DNA from: Cyanidioschyzon merolae
Taxonomy: Eukaryota
Reading direction: 5' to 3' (one strand)
DNA length: 64,000 bases
NCBI GenBank assembly: GCA_000091205.1
Contig: AP006501.2
A program made the position numbers and the translations under genes. This document shows positions 1 through 12,643 of the stretch, piece by piece (within the stretch, counting starts at the first letter, position 1; every line of letters begins with the position of its first letter). The notes under the pieces are model-generated. The model was not told the DNA's origin. It made no database searches and saw only the letters and a list, made by a program, of their open reading frames with translations.

Positions 1-1272
1 CGACAAAGTTTGGGTGTCCTCCTGCAATGACCTGCACCAGCCATTGCGGTTATTTCTGCGACTGCCTCATTGCCCGCCCTCCTGTCTCTATAGCTCCGTT
101 GCCAGCGGTCGAGGAATCCTGATCGCAGCGCCAAAGCTCCTATTTCGAGGCTTCCGACTGTTGTCGATGCATTTTATAGGCGGACGGAGGTGGCGTTCTG
201 CGCTTCGCTTGCCAATTTCATTTTCTTCGTGTATAGCCTCTGTGTGCGGTTCGCGGCGGTGACTCATGAGGCCGGCATAGTGTCCCCAGCTGTCCGCGAC
301 ACTTGCACCTTCGAGGACTTGCCTGCAGCGCGCGAACGCTTGTTTCATCGCTCGGCACATGCCCGATACTAGTTCAAGAGGTTCCCATAAATGCACGCTG
401 TCGTTTCCGCACACAGTTTCTACTCTACGATCACCGGCCTCGTCGGGGCGATCCCGTCAGCGGCTGCGTCGTTCGATGAACACGCAGACGCACATTGTCT
501 CGCACGATGAAGAGATTTGTGGAACGCGACGTAGTTCACGTTGTAACAGGTGCTCAGATGAAAACCTGGGCAGGAGAACAACTCGAAAACCTGCGACCTG
601 TCTCTGCTCCCTTCGTGCACATTGATGACGCACTGCCCACCGAGCGCAATCGCTGTCACGACTGACGTCAGAGTCCACAGCGCTGTTCCATGCAAGACGG
701 TGGCGACGGACGCCTCCGAGAGCACATCCCGTGAGAGGAATCACGGTGGCGTCGACTGCCTTCTCATCGACGGCGACGAAGAGAGGGCCATTTGCTTTTC
801 GAAGGGAATCGATGATTTGACGTGACAATTGCAGTGAACTTTCGGCATGAACTTTTTGTGAACAGGTCGTCAACGGCCGACGTCGAGTGATTCTCCACGC
901 CAATGCCGCAGCGCGCATCGCTGCACCACAAGGTGGTATGGTACAGTCGATCGAAACCTCTAACCATGCGCGATGTGAATATGCTTCACATGAGAAAATG
1001 CGAAGCGCCGATGTTGATGCGTACAAGTTGGATGATGATATCGGGTAAGGCACGAATCCGTGCTCGAGGGCGTCGCGAATGATGTCAATGACGATGACGT
1101 GACGAATACGAGCGGCAAAGCATCGAAAGAGCTACTCCGAGGACACGATCCAGAATTCTGAAACTCTATATGAGTACGTAGTGCTTTATTGCTTCACTGT
1201 GAACGCCGAGGCTGTAAAGCGAAAGCGTCCAGACGGAATGAGAGAGAAAGGCGGGAACAGGGCAAACATTTC
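1..1272. repeat. Direct repeat copy 1 (>=1.27 kb; left end truncated by the window), about 98-99% identical to 18359-19633
   Basis: ORF translations 14..262, 88..414, 457..1053 and 622..825 are near-identical to 18372..18620, 18446..18772, 18815..19411 and 18980..19183. The nucleotide match runs from pos ~5 to ~1272, after which the sequences diverge (..attttactctgc|acgcg vs ..attttactctgc|ctcat). Confidence 0.9.
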
Positions 1273-1501
1273 AGTATTCCATTTTACTCTGCACGCGTTC
1301 GGCGTTTCTATCACGTCCGTTGTGACTAACGAAGTACAGAAACGACTAGCATTATACCATTTACGTACTGCTCGAGCGCATCGACATTTCTCGCGCGTGC
1401 GCAGCGACGCAGTTGAGCAGGCCAACAAATAACCGCCACGGGTTTAAGCAACGCTTACCGCAAACGCGTCGAGCGAGAAAGACGCACCATCGAACGGAAC
1501 C

Positions 1502-1717
1502 ATGGCAAATGAACTACAAGTACGTCAGCGCAGAGCGCCACAAGATACGCAAGTCGTCGAAGCAAAACCAAGAGCTGCCGCTGTTTCGACTCAGAGGACG
1601 CCTGGTGCGAAACGACACGGCCTGAAGCTCGGGCCGACCGCAGTGCTCGCAATTAGCCTCGGTTTTGTCGGGACAGTCATAACGCTACATATCATCGGAA
1701 AACTTGCCGGAATCTAA
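1502..1717 (+). CDS. SEC61B: Sec61 translocon beta subunit (Sbh1/Sec61-beta), 71 aa, ATG start
   Basis: The C-terminal motif GLKLGPTAVLAISLGFVGTVITLHIIGKL matches the conserved Sec61-beta segment ([29 protein letters not shown]). It is a tail-anchored single-TM protein of typical size. Confidence 0.75.
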   Translation: MANELQVRQRRAPQDTQVVEAKPRAAAVSTQRTPGAKRHGLKLGPTAVLAISLGFVGTVITLHIIGKLAGI

Positions 1718-3924
1718 GACCCAATCACTAGGTCTTGGTGCTTGCACAGCGTATGACCAACCAGAAGCCTGGCAGATCTGATCAACGTTCGGAACCGGAG
1801 CTGTACGCGTTCCTCGCGCATCCGGAAGACTGCTGGTGGGGAGCAACTGTTCGCTCCCCTACATCCATGTCGCTTTCGGCTTGTGTGGTACGACGCTTGA
1901 TCGGTACGCCTGCCGAATCGTAAGGCGCGTCGCGCTCAGGGCAGCACATGTTGCCGATGCGTACGAAACACACGAGTGCTTCCGAGCGATTTTCTGTTTC
2001 CTGAGCAGTGATGCGGATGACGAGCGGCTCCACCCCGGTAAAAGGATTTTGCGAGACTTACCTGTACGAGTGAATCTCTCAGGTTGGTACGTGATTTCGG
2101 CGAGTCCCATCGGCTGCCAGCACCATGTGAACACTTTCCCAGCGAACACCGAGTTCCGACTGAAATCAAATGGTTTCTCTGGGCTAACTCGGGCGTCTAC
2201 TCTAAAGTTTTGGTCTCTTCACACTATCGTCAACATCAACCTTTCCCGGATTTTTATGTGACTGTTTCCATTTTGGTCTATACTTCCTCTGGCTTTATAC
2301 ATGCTGGTCCTATCCTTTACTTCAACTCCGTTGTCTACATTCAAAGCACGTTGGTGGAAGCATTCAAGCCCCATTTTCGTCGGTGTCAGTTGTTCCTCAC
2401 GCATTTCATGCAGAGGCGGAAGTTCCCATACACATGTCGCTTGCCATATTTATCTTCTCTGTAGATAGACTCGATGCATCCTTTGCAACCGTCAAAGCTG
2501 ACTATGGGCAGGTGCGCTCATATGTCCAAAACACAATTTTCTCCAAGGGCCGCTCTGACGCGTAAGAACGCATGCCTCACAGCTCGATACACGTACATGA
2601 CGCGGACAGAGCGCTCCACTCAATACCCTGATCCGTTTACGCATCCGGTGCTGTACGCTACTAACTTGAGATTCCGTTGGTACATTCCCTCAGCGAGTAC
2701 ACAGTCTGCTGCATACGCAATCGAACGCTTTTCTATTCGATTGTGTATTTATGGAACGCGATTATGTTCATAATGAAACAAATACCGGAAGGAAGATTCA
2801 GACTGGAGAACAAGTCGAGAATTCTCAGTCCGTCTGCGCTCCATTTATGCAAAGCTATGGCGTAATCTCCACTTGTAGCGGTCGCTGCATTGGCTCAAGC
2901 CCGAGTCCAAGACTCATTCCCGTAGACAGAGAAGGCTTGGGAGCCTCTGGGAATACTTCTTGCGAGACATATCATGTTGCTGTAGAGTGCCATTTGGTCG
3001 ATAACAGCAAATAGGGGAGGATTTGCGTTTCTCATGAAACCGATCATTTGACATGTCAAAATCTCTAAACTTTCGGAATGGCTTGCGAGCAAGTCGTTTC
3101 AGGACGACGCCAGGTTTCATTCTTCATCTATCCAGCAATGCGAATTACTGCACAAGTGAACGGTCGTGAAAAGGAAAGATCGAGATTTTGAAGAATGTAT
3201 GATTTGAGCGAGGGATACGGAAGAGAAGGGGAACACTAGAGGCCTGTGGATACGAGTTGCAGAAACATGAATCTTCATTTACGAATCCACTTTCGGGGGC
3301 GACGGGAATCATCTTAATTTCGCTAACGCAACGACTTCCAGCGGCAAGGAGTCGAAGAAGCCACTCTGAAAATATAACTCATAATCCTAAACTATGCATC
3401 AATTCTTGATGCCCTTATTGGCGTGGTTCGTACTTCGAAGCTGTGTATCCATATGAATTTAGAAAAAAAAATCGATACGCAGGAAGACAGCGGTTATTCA
3501 GTGCTCCGATTTAAGCCGGCACTAACCGAGAATACGCGTTTCTACCCGGGATATTCACGACTCACGAGTGGATATTTTGGCTCCGGGGAATCATAGAGTC
3601 TGATGAATCGAAGGGCGCTTGGCAAATGTAATCGCATCTCGATATCGCAACTCCTGGTCAAGAGATGCATCCTAAATGGCCCGAAGAATCGCACTTGGGA
3701 GGCGCATGCACGCGAGAACCTCTTCCCTGACGAACGCCTACAGCAATGAGCGATCGTGACAGTTGAGCGTCAATGCCGGAAATTCCAGATACGAACGATT
3801 CCTGTCAGTAAACTCATAACCACGTGCACAGAAGAGAAATGCGAACGGTAAGGATTTTACTAATTTATGCTGCACGCGGGGAAGACAACAAATGACCCTG
3901 AGTGCACTGGGCACCTGGAGATGC

Positions 3925-5778
3925 TCATGTTTCCGAGCGGCTTCGTCTCTTTTCGAGACGTTTTCGTAACAGCAGCACATTGGCCTCTTTGGATCTGGAG
4001 AAGCGCGGATTTGTGGGATCAATAGCGAACTCGTGATCCTCGTAGATTGCCCGAAAGCGCTCATCATCAGGGTTGAAGGGAAGCATTTCCAAGTTCGTGG
4101 CAACATCAGTCGATGCCTTTGAGCGCTTCTCTTTCCGGCGACGTCTGCGCTGCCCCGCATTAGCATGTGCGGAATCGTACTCCATGGAAAGCGCTGCTTT
4201 CGGCGGTTCCGTAGAAGCGTCTCGTTGCTTTGATCGTCCCGGATGCTGAGACGAGAGACCGGAAGCTGCGCTAGAAAGCAGGTCGCTCCTCGTTGCTGGT
4301 TGCGTTTCTGTATCAGAAGCCGCGTCCTCACGGGAGGAATACGCTACGAGCAGTGGATCTCGGCTAACGTTACGATTCATAAGGTGCTCGTTGCTTTCCG
4401 TTCCAGACGCACCTTCGTTCGAGTTGCGCTCGTTCTGCTCGGATACTTCAGTTGTTGTACCTGGTACTGCTCTCCGCCAGGCTCGCCGCGACCGCTTGTT
4501 CTCGCGCGCTAGCAATCGTGTTTCTTCATGCTGCAATTCTCGCTTCTCCCTTTCAGTAATGATTCGCTGGCCAAGCCTCTCCAATGACGGGATATAGGTC
4601 ACCTCCATATCCACGTCCGAGTTTCCATCGGATACGTCCCTGTCCGGTTTCGAGCTTTCGAATTCCGCCACCGAGCCGGCAGATTCCCCCAGCTCGTCGC
4701 TGCCTAGCAAACGTTTTCGATAGGCATCAATCCACGCTGCGTCGCGGTCATGATCGCCTTCGGAATCTGTCGAGCTCGCCAAGTATGCTTTGAAGTCTTC
4801 ATCTTTTAGTTCGTCCTCGGTGAATCGCCTTTTCTGCAGTTTCTTCAATCGCCGCTGATCATCTGCATCCCACGTGAGTTGTACGTTAGAATGTTGGAGT
4901 GCGCGAGTGGCGAAGGGCTGCGGCGCGTAGTCGAAAGGTACTGTATCCGCCGTATCGCGCGGTGATCTGCTTTCAAACTCATGCGACAGGTCTGGAATGA
5001 ATCGCAAATCTATGAAGTTAGAACTTCTTTCGAATTCGATGCCGTCAGCTGCGTCATAGAGCGCGCTGGCCGTCACCACCGAATCGCATTCAATCACAGC
5101 GAAAAAGTACCGCATGCGCAGCTTTTCATATCGTCGAATGAGCTCAATCTCTCGCTTCTGCTTTTCTTCCAGCTCGTGAGTAGTTTTAGGCATAAGATCG
5201 TCGTCAGAAGAGAGATTCTCAGCGTCGTAGTCAAACTGTGGTCCATACTTGGCTTCCTTCTCGGCCCTGCTCAAATACAAAGCCGTCGGATACACGCTGA
5301 CGCGGAGCACCTTACCACCAGCTGGCGCCAGGGAGCGCATGACTGCCAGTATATCCACAGCACTGATATGGTTCCAGTCCATGTTCACTAGAGCGAGCCT
5401 CCTTGTTGGTTCGCCCCGCGGAACGGCTTCCCCCGAGTCGTCCGACGCCGACGCCGACACGGCGAAGGCGTCAACACGTGCGTCTGCTCGCTCAAAGGAC
5501 ACTTCCTCACTACCTGTGGAGTCCCAAATGTCGACTTCAGTGTAAAGCACCCGCTCAGCGTCCTCGTCGCCAGGACGTTGTGAAGGGTGCCGTGGCGCCG
5601 CCGCCGGTGCACGAACTGGCCCCGCTGGCTCAACCTCCAAGGGTACTCGAAAGCGCGGATCCGCGTCCGGAACCGTTCCATAGTCCGTATGTTTTATCCT
5701 TCGAAATCTTCGGTCTGTTACGACTTTCGAAAAGCGAGGATCTAGGTTCCGCATTGCACGAACGCTGACTTTGAGCAA
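3925..5778 (-). CDS. ESF1: Pre-rRNA processing protein ESF1 homolog (NUC153 family)
   Basis: 617-aa ORF. The ORF track's first codon is TTG; the true ATG is probably M9 (..AMRNLDPRF). It has the DPRF motif, acidic/Ser-rich stretches, and the conserved block MDWNHISAVDILAVMRSLAPAGGKVLRVSVYPTALYLSRAEKEAKYGPQFDYD typical of ESF1. Confidence 0.7.
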   Translation of the reverse strand: MLKVSVRAMRNLDPRFSKVVTDRRFRRIKHTDYGTVPDADPRFRVPLEVEPAGPVRAPAAAPRHPSQRPGDEDAERVLYTEVDIWDSTGSEEVSFERADARVDAFAVSASASDDSGEAVPRGEPTRRLALVNMDWNHISAVDILAVMRSLAPAGGKVLRVSVYPTALYLSRAEKEAKYGPQFDYDAENLSSDDDLMPKTTHELEEKQKREIELIRRYEKLRMRYFFAVIECDSVVTASALYDAADGIEFERSSNFIDLRFIPDLSHEFESRSPRDTADTVPFDYAPQPFATRALQHSNVQLTWDADDQRRLKKLQKRRFTEDELKDEDFKAYLASSTDSEGDHDRDAAWIDAYRKRLLGSDELGESAGSVAEFESSKPDRDVSDGNSDVDMEVTYIPSLERLGQRIITEREKRELQHEETRLLARENKRSRRAWRRAVPGTTTEVSEQNERNSNEGASGTESNEHLMNRNVSRDPLLVAYSSREDAASDTETQPATRSDLLSSAASGLSSQHPGRSKQRDASTEPPKAALSMEYDSAHANAGQRRRRRKEKRSKASTDVATNLEMLPFNPDDERFRAIYEDHEFAIDPTNPRFSRSKEANVLLLRKRLEKRRSRSET

Positions 5779-6869
5779 TGAATACCAGTGCAGGCAAGTG
5801 CTATGCTGAAGAAGCCTCGCTGATTGCGGCGCACGAATCCAGCAGCAGGTGCTTCGATGGTCAACGATTAATGCGTTGAACTGGAAAAATCAGTAGAGCT
5901 ATCATCACATAGGAACCGTATCCTATACTGGAAAATCCCCGAGAAGCGACCATCTCAGTGGAACTGTGAAGATCACCAAATGCTTCAGAGTAAGTCCATG
6001 CTGCGCTCCGAAAGACTTGTTCCGACTATGTGCAAGTGCAATCGAAATCTTGCACAAACGTTGAGGACACCCACACGCCGATGCCGCTTGATCTGAGCGC
6101 GTCAGCGATAGAGCTCTGTCATCCATCTATTGGGCAGGCTTGTTCTCCATGTTGCTGCTTGCTTGTGCTCCTAGAAAAGTTGACTCGGGAAGTACCCTGC
6201 GCAGAGATGCGACGATAGGCGGGGGCCCTGAATCACTTGTGTCACTCTGTCCGAATTGTTGTTTTATCCTGTCGTTGTATGCTTGCGCTCCTGCATGCAT
6301 AGATGCAAGGTTGTACTCTGGAAAGCTACACCAAAAAATTAGCTTGAATTTCGGAATATAGGTAGTGGTCATTGTCTACGTCAAACGCATCTTGCCCAAA
6401 TCAAAATGCGTCATCAACGAGAGGATCGGTCCGCGATGATTTGAGGGTACTCGTTCATGGGCAAAAAGGTGTGGTGTTCGATACCCACCAGCCACGAGCA
6501 CCTGGCGAGGGTGTCTCACCAGATGCGAAGTCGGCCATGATTGCTTGAATGATTTGCGTTCGTGGTAGCTCCACAGAGAAGCTGGAGCATCTTCATCGTG
6601 CGCTGCTGTATAGCGCTCATCGTCAGCCCCTTTCGTGACGGCTACCGATGCAGATGCGCGGCGTTATGAAGGTTGCTGCCCCGTGCTGCACAGAAACCGC
6701 TCCGTCCTGTTTTCGGCGGCAGCAGGTACCCTGTGGAACAAGAATCCTAAAGCGCGGAGAACTGAGGATAGCGAAGTATACGTGTATCGCTGACTCCTAC
6801 TAGCTTGCTGCGCGGCGTGACCTCTTCGATCCGTGGCTAGAATATCGACGCTGCGGAGCGTCCATGAGT

Positions 6870-7433
6870 CTACTCCGTCCATTTTCTCTCACGCTGCTCA
6901 GCCTGCTTTTGACGAATGCGCTCCCCAACGACGGTCTTGAGACGCGCCATGCCTTTGCGGAGTTTCCACAAATCACTCGAGCCTTTCCAAAGGAGCTGAT
7001 TTCGACGGCAAAAATCTCGTTCGCTCAGCAGGGCCAGCTTTTCTTTCATCATCACGAACCACAATCGATGCAGATCATCCGTGGACTTTAGTCGTAGCTC
7101 AGAAGCCTTCCACGCTCGTGCATTCGTGCTCGGTCGCATGCCTCGCGTACTTTGTGTCCATTCTTGCCCGAAAACACGTGCGGTAGCCAGTTCAGCTACC
7201 GCATCGTGGGATGCTTTGGATACTGCGGGTCCATCGGAAGCACTAGCGCTTGACTCTGCCGCGGGCGACTCAAGGTTGCCGCTTTTTTTCGAGAAATAGA
7301 AAACAGACCCGTATCGGTTCCAGGGACTCTTGGTAGCAAGTGACGTGCCGCTGCTGCATAGTCCCGGGAGGCGTGTAATGCTGCTGCGGCACGCACAAAG
7401 CATCAAAGAAAGCGTCATTCCAGCAGGTTCCAA
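6870..7433 (-). CDS. MRPL47: Mitochondrial ribosomal protein L47 / uL29m (MRP-L47 domain); N-terminus uncertain
   Basis: The segment RAWKASELRLKSTDDLHRLWFVMMKEKLALLSERDF matches the MRP-L47 signature (..[25 protein letters not shown]..). An upstream ORF in another frame (7196..7396 -) begins with a presequence-like MRAAAALHASRDYAAAARHLLPRV, suggesting a small intron or frame break near ~7290. Confidence 0.65.
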   Translation of the reverse strand: MEPAGMTLSLMLCACRSSITRLPGLCSSGTSLATKSPWNRYGSVFYFSKKSGNLESPAAESSASASDGPAVSKASHDAVAELATARVFGQEWTQSTRGMRPSTNARAWKASELRLKSTDDLHRLWFVMMKEKLALLSERDFCRRNQLLWKGSSDLWKLRKGMARLKTVVGERIRQKQAEQRERKWTE

Positions 7434-9218
7434 CGCGAGGTCAGCGCTGACGCCTGTACGACCAAAGTTTCTGCTCTACACCAATGAATCCGGCGTCCCG
7501 GAAAACCAGTGAACGCACTCGAGTCCCAGTGAACAACGATCACGACTTAAGTTGTCTCCGAGGTACACTACTTTGCTCGGGAAGCGTCTCTACACTCAGA
7601 GCTTATTTGAAAAGATAACCGAACGTTGCGCCTGCGTGCGCTTCCGATAGCAGTAAAGTCACAAACTCACCCACAACCTGTGCGCTCTTGTTATCCAGCG
7701 TTTGGTTTTCTCTAGTCCGCAGGCGCGCTGCAAAGTTTCCTTCAAGGGCACTGAGGCGTCGACCAAAACGCGTGTACTGGACTCGGGCGGTCTCGCACGC
7801 GTCGCAAAGACGTTCCAGTAGGCGGCAACTCCGGTTCGAAACCGTGCCTAAGAACACGATAGAGTGCTCGCTAAAACGAACCCGGACAGCCCCTCGTCAG
7901 CAATGGAGCAGTACACACCTGGAACAGCGGCAGATATTGCTTCCAAGTCGTGAGAAACGACAGACAACGTTCGACGATGTTGTCCCACAGACACGGCGCA
8001 TTGGTTGCGAAACACTACCCACCGAATCGACTATGCAAGTAGTTCCGATCCAAACACGATTTCAATGTGAAACGTAATTCCACGGAGGCATCAACATACA
8101 TCCTAACACTTGCGTGCATGTCAAGCGGTGCTGCAATACTGTGGTATTTAGACTGATCGAAGCAGTAGCTGCACTCTTTAAAGGAGCCACAGTATGCTCG
8201 AAGATGTCTCTATGTTCTCTGAGGGAACCTCGCTACGTTCGACTTCTCCAGGCTTACCAGGTACCCCGAGAGCATTGCAAATCGAATACAGCGGTGCCCG
8301 TGTTTCAATGAATTTTTTGTGACACATGATCGCTGCATGATCACTGGAAGCTCAGATTCTTCTATGGACGCATATTCGAGAGCACATTGGCTCTCGTGCC
8401 TGGTCTCCGCAGATTTTGTTCCGCCTCCTTGTGTGCACGGAGTAAATCTCTACATATCTAGTCCAGAACGTTCTCTGGACTTTGTCTTTTGCCTCAAACG
8501 ACGGGAAACCCTTGCCCTTGCGGCAGCGAGTCGATTCCCACGCAAAGATACTGCGCGAACTCGGAAGCAGGAATGGTTCAGCCGTTCTGTGCATATATTC
8601 TTTTTCGTCGTAACTACTTTGCATGTAGGGGCATTTAGTTTGGCGCACTTAGCTTCGGAATCGTCTCTATGCAGCGAAATGAGCCTCGCTGCGGAATATG
8701 GCGCTAGCGGCGGCTCAGGAGCGATCGCTGAGACTTATAGACCCTGGACGCCACCAGCTAGGGTGCGCAGCCATGGACGATAGCCATGTACAGGCTCATG
8801 GTTGGTTACGGGCCCATGACTAGACGCTGCTGCAGATGTGTCGTGAGCCATCATTCAGAAAGAATTTGATCAATATGTTTTCTCCAGGATTGCAGCGTGA
8901 CGATGTATCTGTTATCCGCGCGTAGCGATTTCGGCGTGCGATGTGTCCTCAGATGCCTTGCGACATCAAAATGAATTGAGGCGAAAGAAGCGGTGAGAGT
9001 GTCCCACTCGTACGTCCCATAGCGAAAACAGCGACGCGGCTGGCAGTTTGAGGCCCTTTTTCGGAGACTCCGAGGCACCCATACCATTCGTATCTAGAAG
9101 GCAGCTACTGCAGGCCTGCAGAGGTACTCCATTTTCGGCAAGTCGTTGAGCAGGGTTCTAAACAACGCGACAAGCTTGAATTCTTTCCGAACTGTGTACG
9201 CAGGTTTCTCAAACAATG

Positions 9219-11023
9219 GAACACCCTTATTGCTCGCAGACTGTGCACCGAAATCGTTCCCAATATGTGTCCAGAGGGCGCTCCAGCCTTTATAGTTTGC
9301 CATCCGCACCGAACAAATAGCGTAATCCAGGCGAAAATCCAATGCTCGAGCTCCTGGTCACAGATACTCTGCACCGCAAGTCGTCAGCATTCCAGCACAA
9401 TGCCTATTCTGAGTACGAAACAAGTTCGTCGAAACTTCGCCGACACAGAGCCACTGGGGCGCTCCGGAAGCACGAAGCATCTCCGCTTCTTGATTGAAAC
9501 GTTGAAGTCGCAGTGGGGAAAGCGCCAGCTCGTATCGTTGCTAGTGGAAGTACCCCATGGGCATTCGCTTACCTTCGAATTCATCGCCATCTGACGTTCA
9601 GTCTCTTACAATACAGCACCGCATGCGTCCGTCTTCGCCTCATGCCCTTCGTCTCTGGATGTTAAAGCGTTCACCCGAGCTCATTCTTCGTGCACACCGA
9701 CTTGAATGCATCCGCTGGAATCGTGCAGAATCGATTCCTGAACTCGTTCTACGCTCTAGCCAAAGGAGCGAGAGCGCGGTCTGCGCGCGTTACAGCACGT
9801 CCGGCTCCTTGGGGTACTACGAAACCGCTCGGATGCCCGGTCATTTTATGTTCCGACGAATCCAGCAAGTCAGCGAATGCCCACTTTTGATCATTGTACA
9901 CCCGAAACCGTTGGTGACCTCAGCGCGAGCGCATGCATTCCTGCGAAAAGTCGTCCACATGAGGGATTAGGCGCTCCTATTTGCTCTGAATGAAGCTTTG
10001 GACGCACTCTGTCAGCTCGATACGATGATCAGCGCGTTGAAAAGGGTCCAGGTGCCGTCGTTCCACTTGCGGATGCGCCTGCTTGCGTTCCTGCTCCCGA
10101 CCCGAGATACGAAAAGGCCCGCGCAATCTTCAGCAGCTTCATCTGGTTTCTGCTTAGTTTTTTTGGCTCCATTCTCTTGAGTCAGGGGCACGACGGCGGT
10201 TACGATGCTCATAGACGTGGAATCTTCGCTCACCACGTGGTGCTCCGCTTCGTCTACGCTGAGCAGCGAGGCAGAGTCTCGGTGCTCGACTCTGGCCTGG
10301 GATGGCACAAAGTGCTTACAGATCGATATCATCGAATAGACGCCTGAGGAGGCTAGCATGCTCGCTTACGTGGCAGGAGTCTGTCTTTCTCTGGAAGGCT
10401 CTGTTCAGCGGAGCCTAGTCGCGCAATTGGCAGTTCAGGAAGACGTCTCCTTGCAACCGTCCACTGGAGACGTGACTTGGGTCCGTCCGAGGCCAACAAG
10501 ACGACGACGAGCTTGGACAAGCGGAAGCGACACAGACGCTCTCTCTCGCTCGCCGTGACTTGTCATCCGATATCGCCACCACACTGAGCTCTTTCTGCCA
10601 CCACTAGCGCTTTATTCGCTTCCATCGACGCACCAAGAATCCCTTAGATTCGTCCCAGTTATCCTTGGGTGGCAACACGAGGCTGCAACAACCAGGTGGA
10701 GCGCCCCGCCAAGCGCTCGAGGTCGATCTGCATTTCGCTGTTGAGGTTTGTTTGATCATGGATGACACTTGCGCTTCAGATGCTGCGATCGCCGACGTAG
10801 TGAAGTGATATCTCACGGTATTCTGGGGAGCTTGGGTGCAAATCTCGGATCCTGCGATCAGTTCGTAGTGCATCTTCTGTCCAGAGCACCATCTGTGTGA
10901 TCACAACAGGGTCTGACGGAAAGATTCCTGTGAAATGTGGACAACTGGTAGCGCTGCGTACGCAACTGTTATGAACATCTGCTTGACGAGGAGCGTTAAG
11001 GCGAAGAAAGCCAGACGAGACGT
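9219..11023. repeat. Inverted repeat copy A (~1.8 kb), >99% identical to the reverse complement of 40309-42112
   Basis: ORFs 9557..9970(+), 10012..10359(-) and 10604..10873(-) reappear with identical translations on the opposite strand at 41362..41775(-), 40973..41320(+) and 40459..40728(+). Boundaries were mapped by hand: the left end at 9219 (gaacaccc.. is the reverse complement of ..gggtgttc at 42105-42112) and the right end at ~11023. Confidence 0.9.
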
Positions 11024-12056
11024 CTTTGACAAGAAAGGTATGCGATTCGGAATGGCTTGTAACAAATTACTTTTTGGAGAATGCTATCTTTCCTTGTGAT
11101 TTTGCAGGGAGGCATTCACAGTTGCTCCATACTGATATTTTTCGCTCCGACAGGTTTTCGTCCCTATCTCTGCTTATCCTTTATCGGATCCATCTTTTTG
11201 TTCATTGTCCGGTGGGTTCTTCTCCTTTTCCTCCACAGGCGAGACGGCTGTGATACAGTTGCTGTTCTCTAAAGGTTTTTTCCTCATGATAGAAACACAT
11301 TGGGTACAAGACGGAAGAGAAATTTCTGTCTTCTGAATGTATGTATGCATGCATGATTCTATATGTCCCTTTCTGTCACGTCCATCACCCGAACGCGCGA
11401 GGACGGATTCCCACACTTCCGCTCCAGCTCGGGTCCGAGCGGAGAAGCACCGTGGCGGCTCAAGGATGGTGAAGGTACAGAACAGTTGTCGAATAATCAT
11501 ATCAAGAATGCGAACCAGTCTTCTGTTGATCTATGAGTGAAAAGTTCACAGTTGACAACAGAGAGGCAGCCTTCGACTGGACTGCATCCAGTGGGAATGT
11601 GATGACACGAAGAGCCGCTGGACGCAAGTCTCAGCCGTATATTTCCTCGACCAATGTTGAGAGAACGAAAATGACCTTTTCTTGGAGCAGGACTGAAGAA
11701 TGTGTGATAGACAATGCACGAAGTCTTTCGTTTTAGGATGAGGTGTTGAACGGCCGTGTCTGTAAAGCGCTTATAATGCGGCCACAATGTAATCTGCGTT
11801 AGGGCACTTGTCGTCATTCTCGCTCGTCTTTCATCTATGATCAGCGGTAATACCCTTTCTGAGCACCCATCGTCAGCTCTGCCATTTGTGTCGAATACAG
11901 TCCTATCGATTGAGATGAGAAACCGTCACTTTTGCAGTACGCGTCTGCTTTCCAGGACGAAATCAGTGATGAGTCTCTCAGCGCCCTTTAGTCAACGGTA
12001 GAAACGTGCTGTTCTCTTCGTCTATCCGCGTCTCTCTATCCTTGTTTTCGTCAACA

Positions 12057-12067
12057 GGGGGGGGGGG
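12057..12067. repeat. Homopolymer G run (11-13 nt)
   Basis: gggggggggggg read directly at 12057-12067 in an AT-richer, ORF-poor stretch. Confidence 0.9.
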
Positions 12068-12643
12068 AGAACTTCACATGGGGTGCTTCTATTTTAGTAG
12101 TTCTCAACGAACATATGGAATAGAATGGAATATCGGGGAGGCCGTCGTGCAGAGAGAATCTGACAGGTTCTGCGTGGGTGCAAGAGCATCAGCATACGGA
12201 CGGCGGAAAGCGTGGATCATCCACTTGCTTATCTAAGACTAACAAAATTATTGAAGTAGGGCAGTTTATTACAAGATAGCTGGTACCGCATAAAACCTTT
12301 CCCCAACCTTTCCTCAATCTGCATGACGTCTTCCAGATGTTGAACACCTGCGAGCAAACAAACACACACGAAAGCGTTATGGGCGTGCAGGTGTTGCGGG
12401 CTGTACTGCTCTGGGTATAGCTTGAGCAGCTCTGGTCCAATAGACCGTGAAAGGTCCATGTATCCTCTTTATTAGGGCCTGAATGGCCACCAGCAAGGCG
12501 TTTCTTTCAAGTGCCCCGCTCCACAGTGCGATGGTGCGAAGCGCGCGCGCCCCATTGGCCAAACGGCCAACTTCTTGGCCCTCATGAGCCCCGAGCACGT
12601 GTAACCAGTAGAGACTGCGTTTTCAACGTGAAACTACAAGTAT

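Noticed and set aside
7830-7855. tRNA-like T-loop sequence ggttcgaaacc
   Set aside because: No complementary acceptor stem or properly spaced D/anticodon arms could be built by eye around it. It is most likely a chance match.
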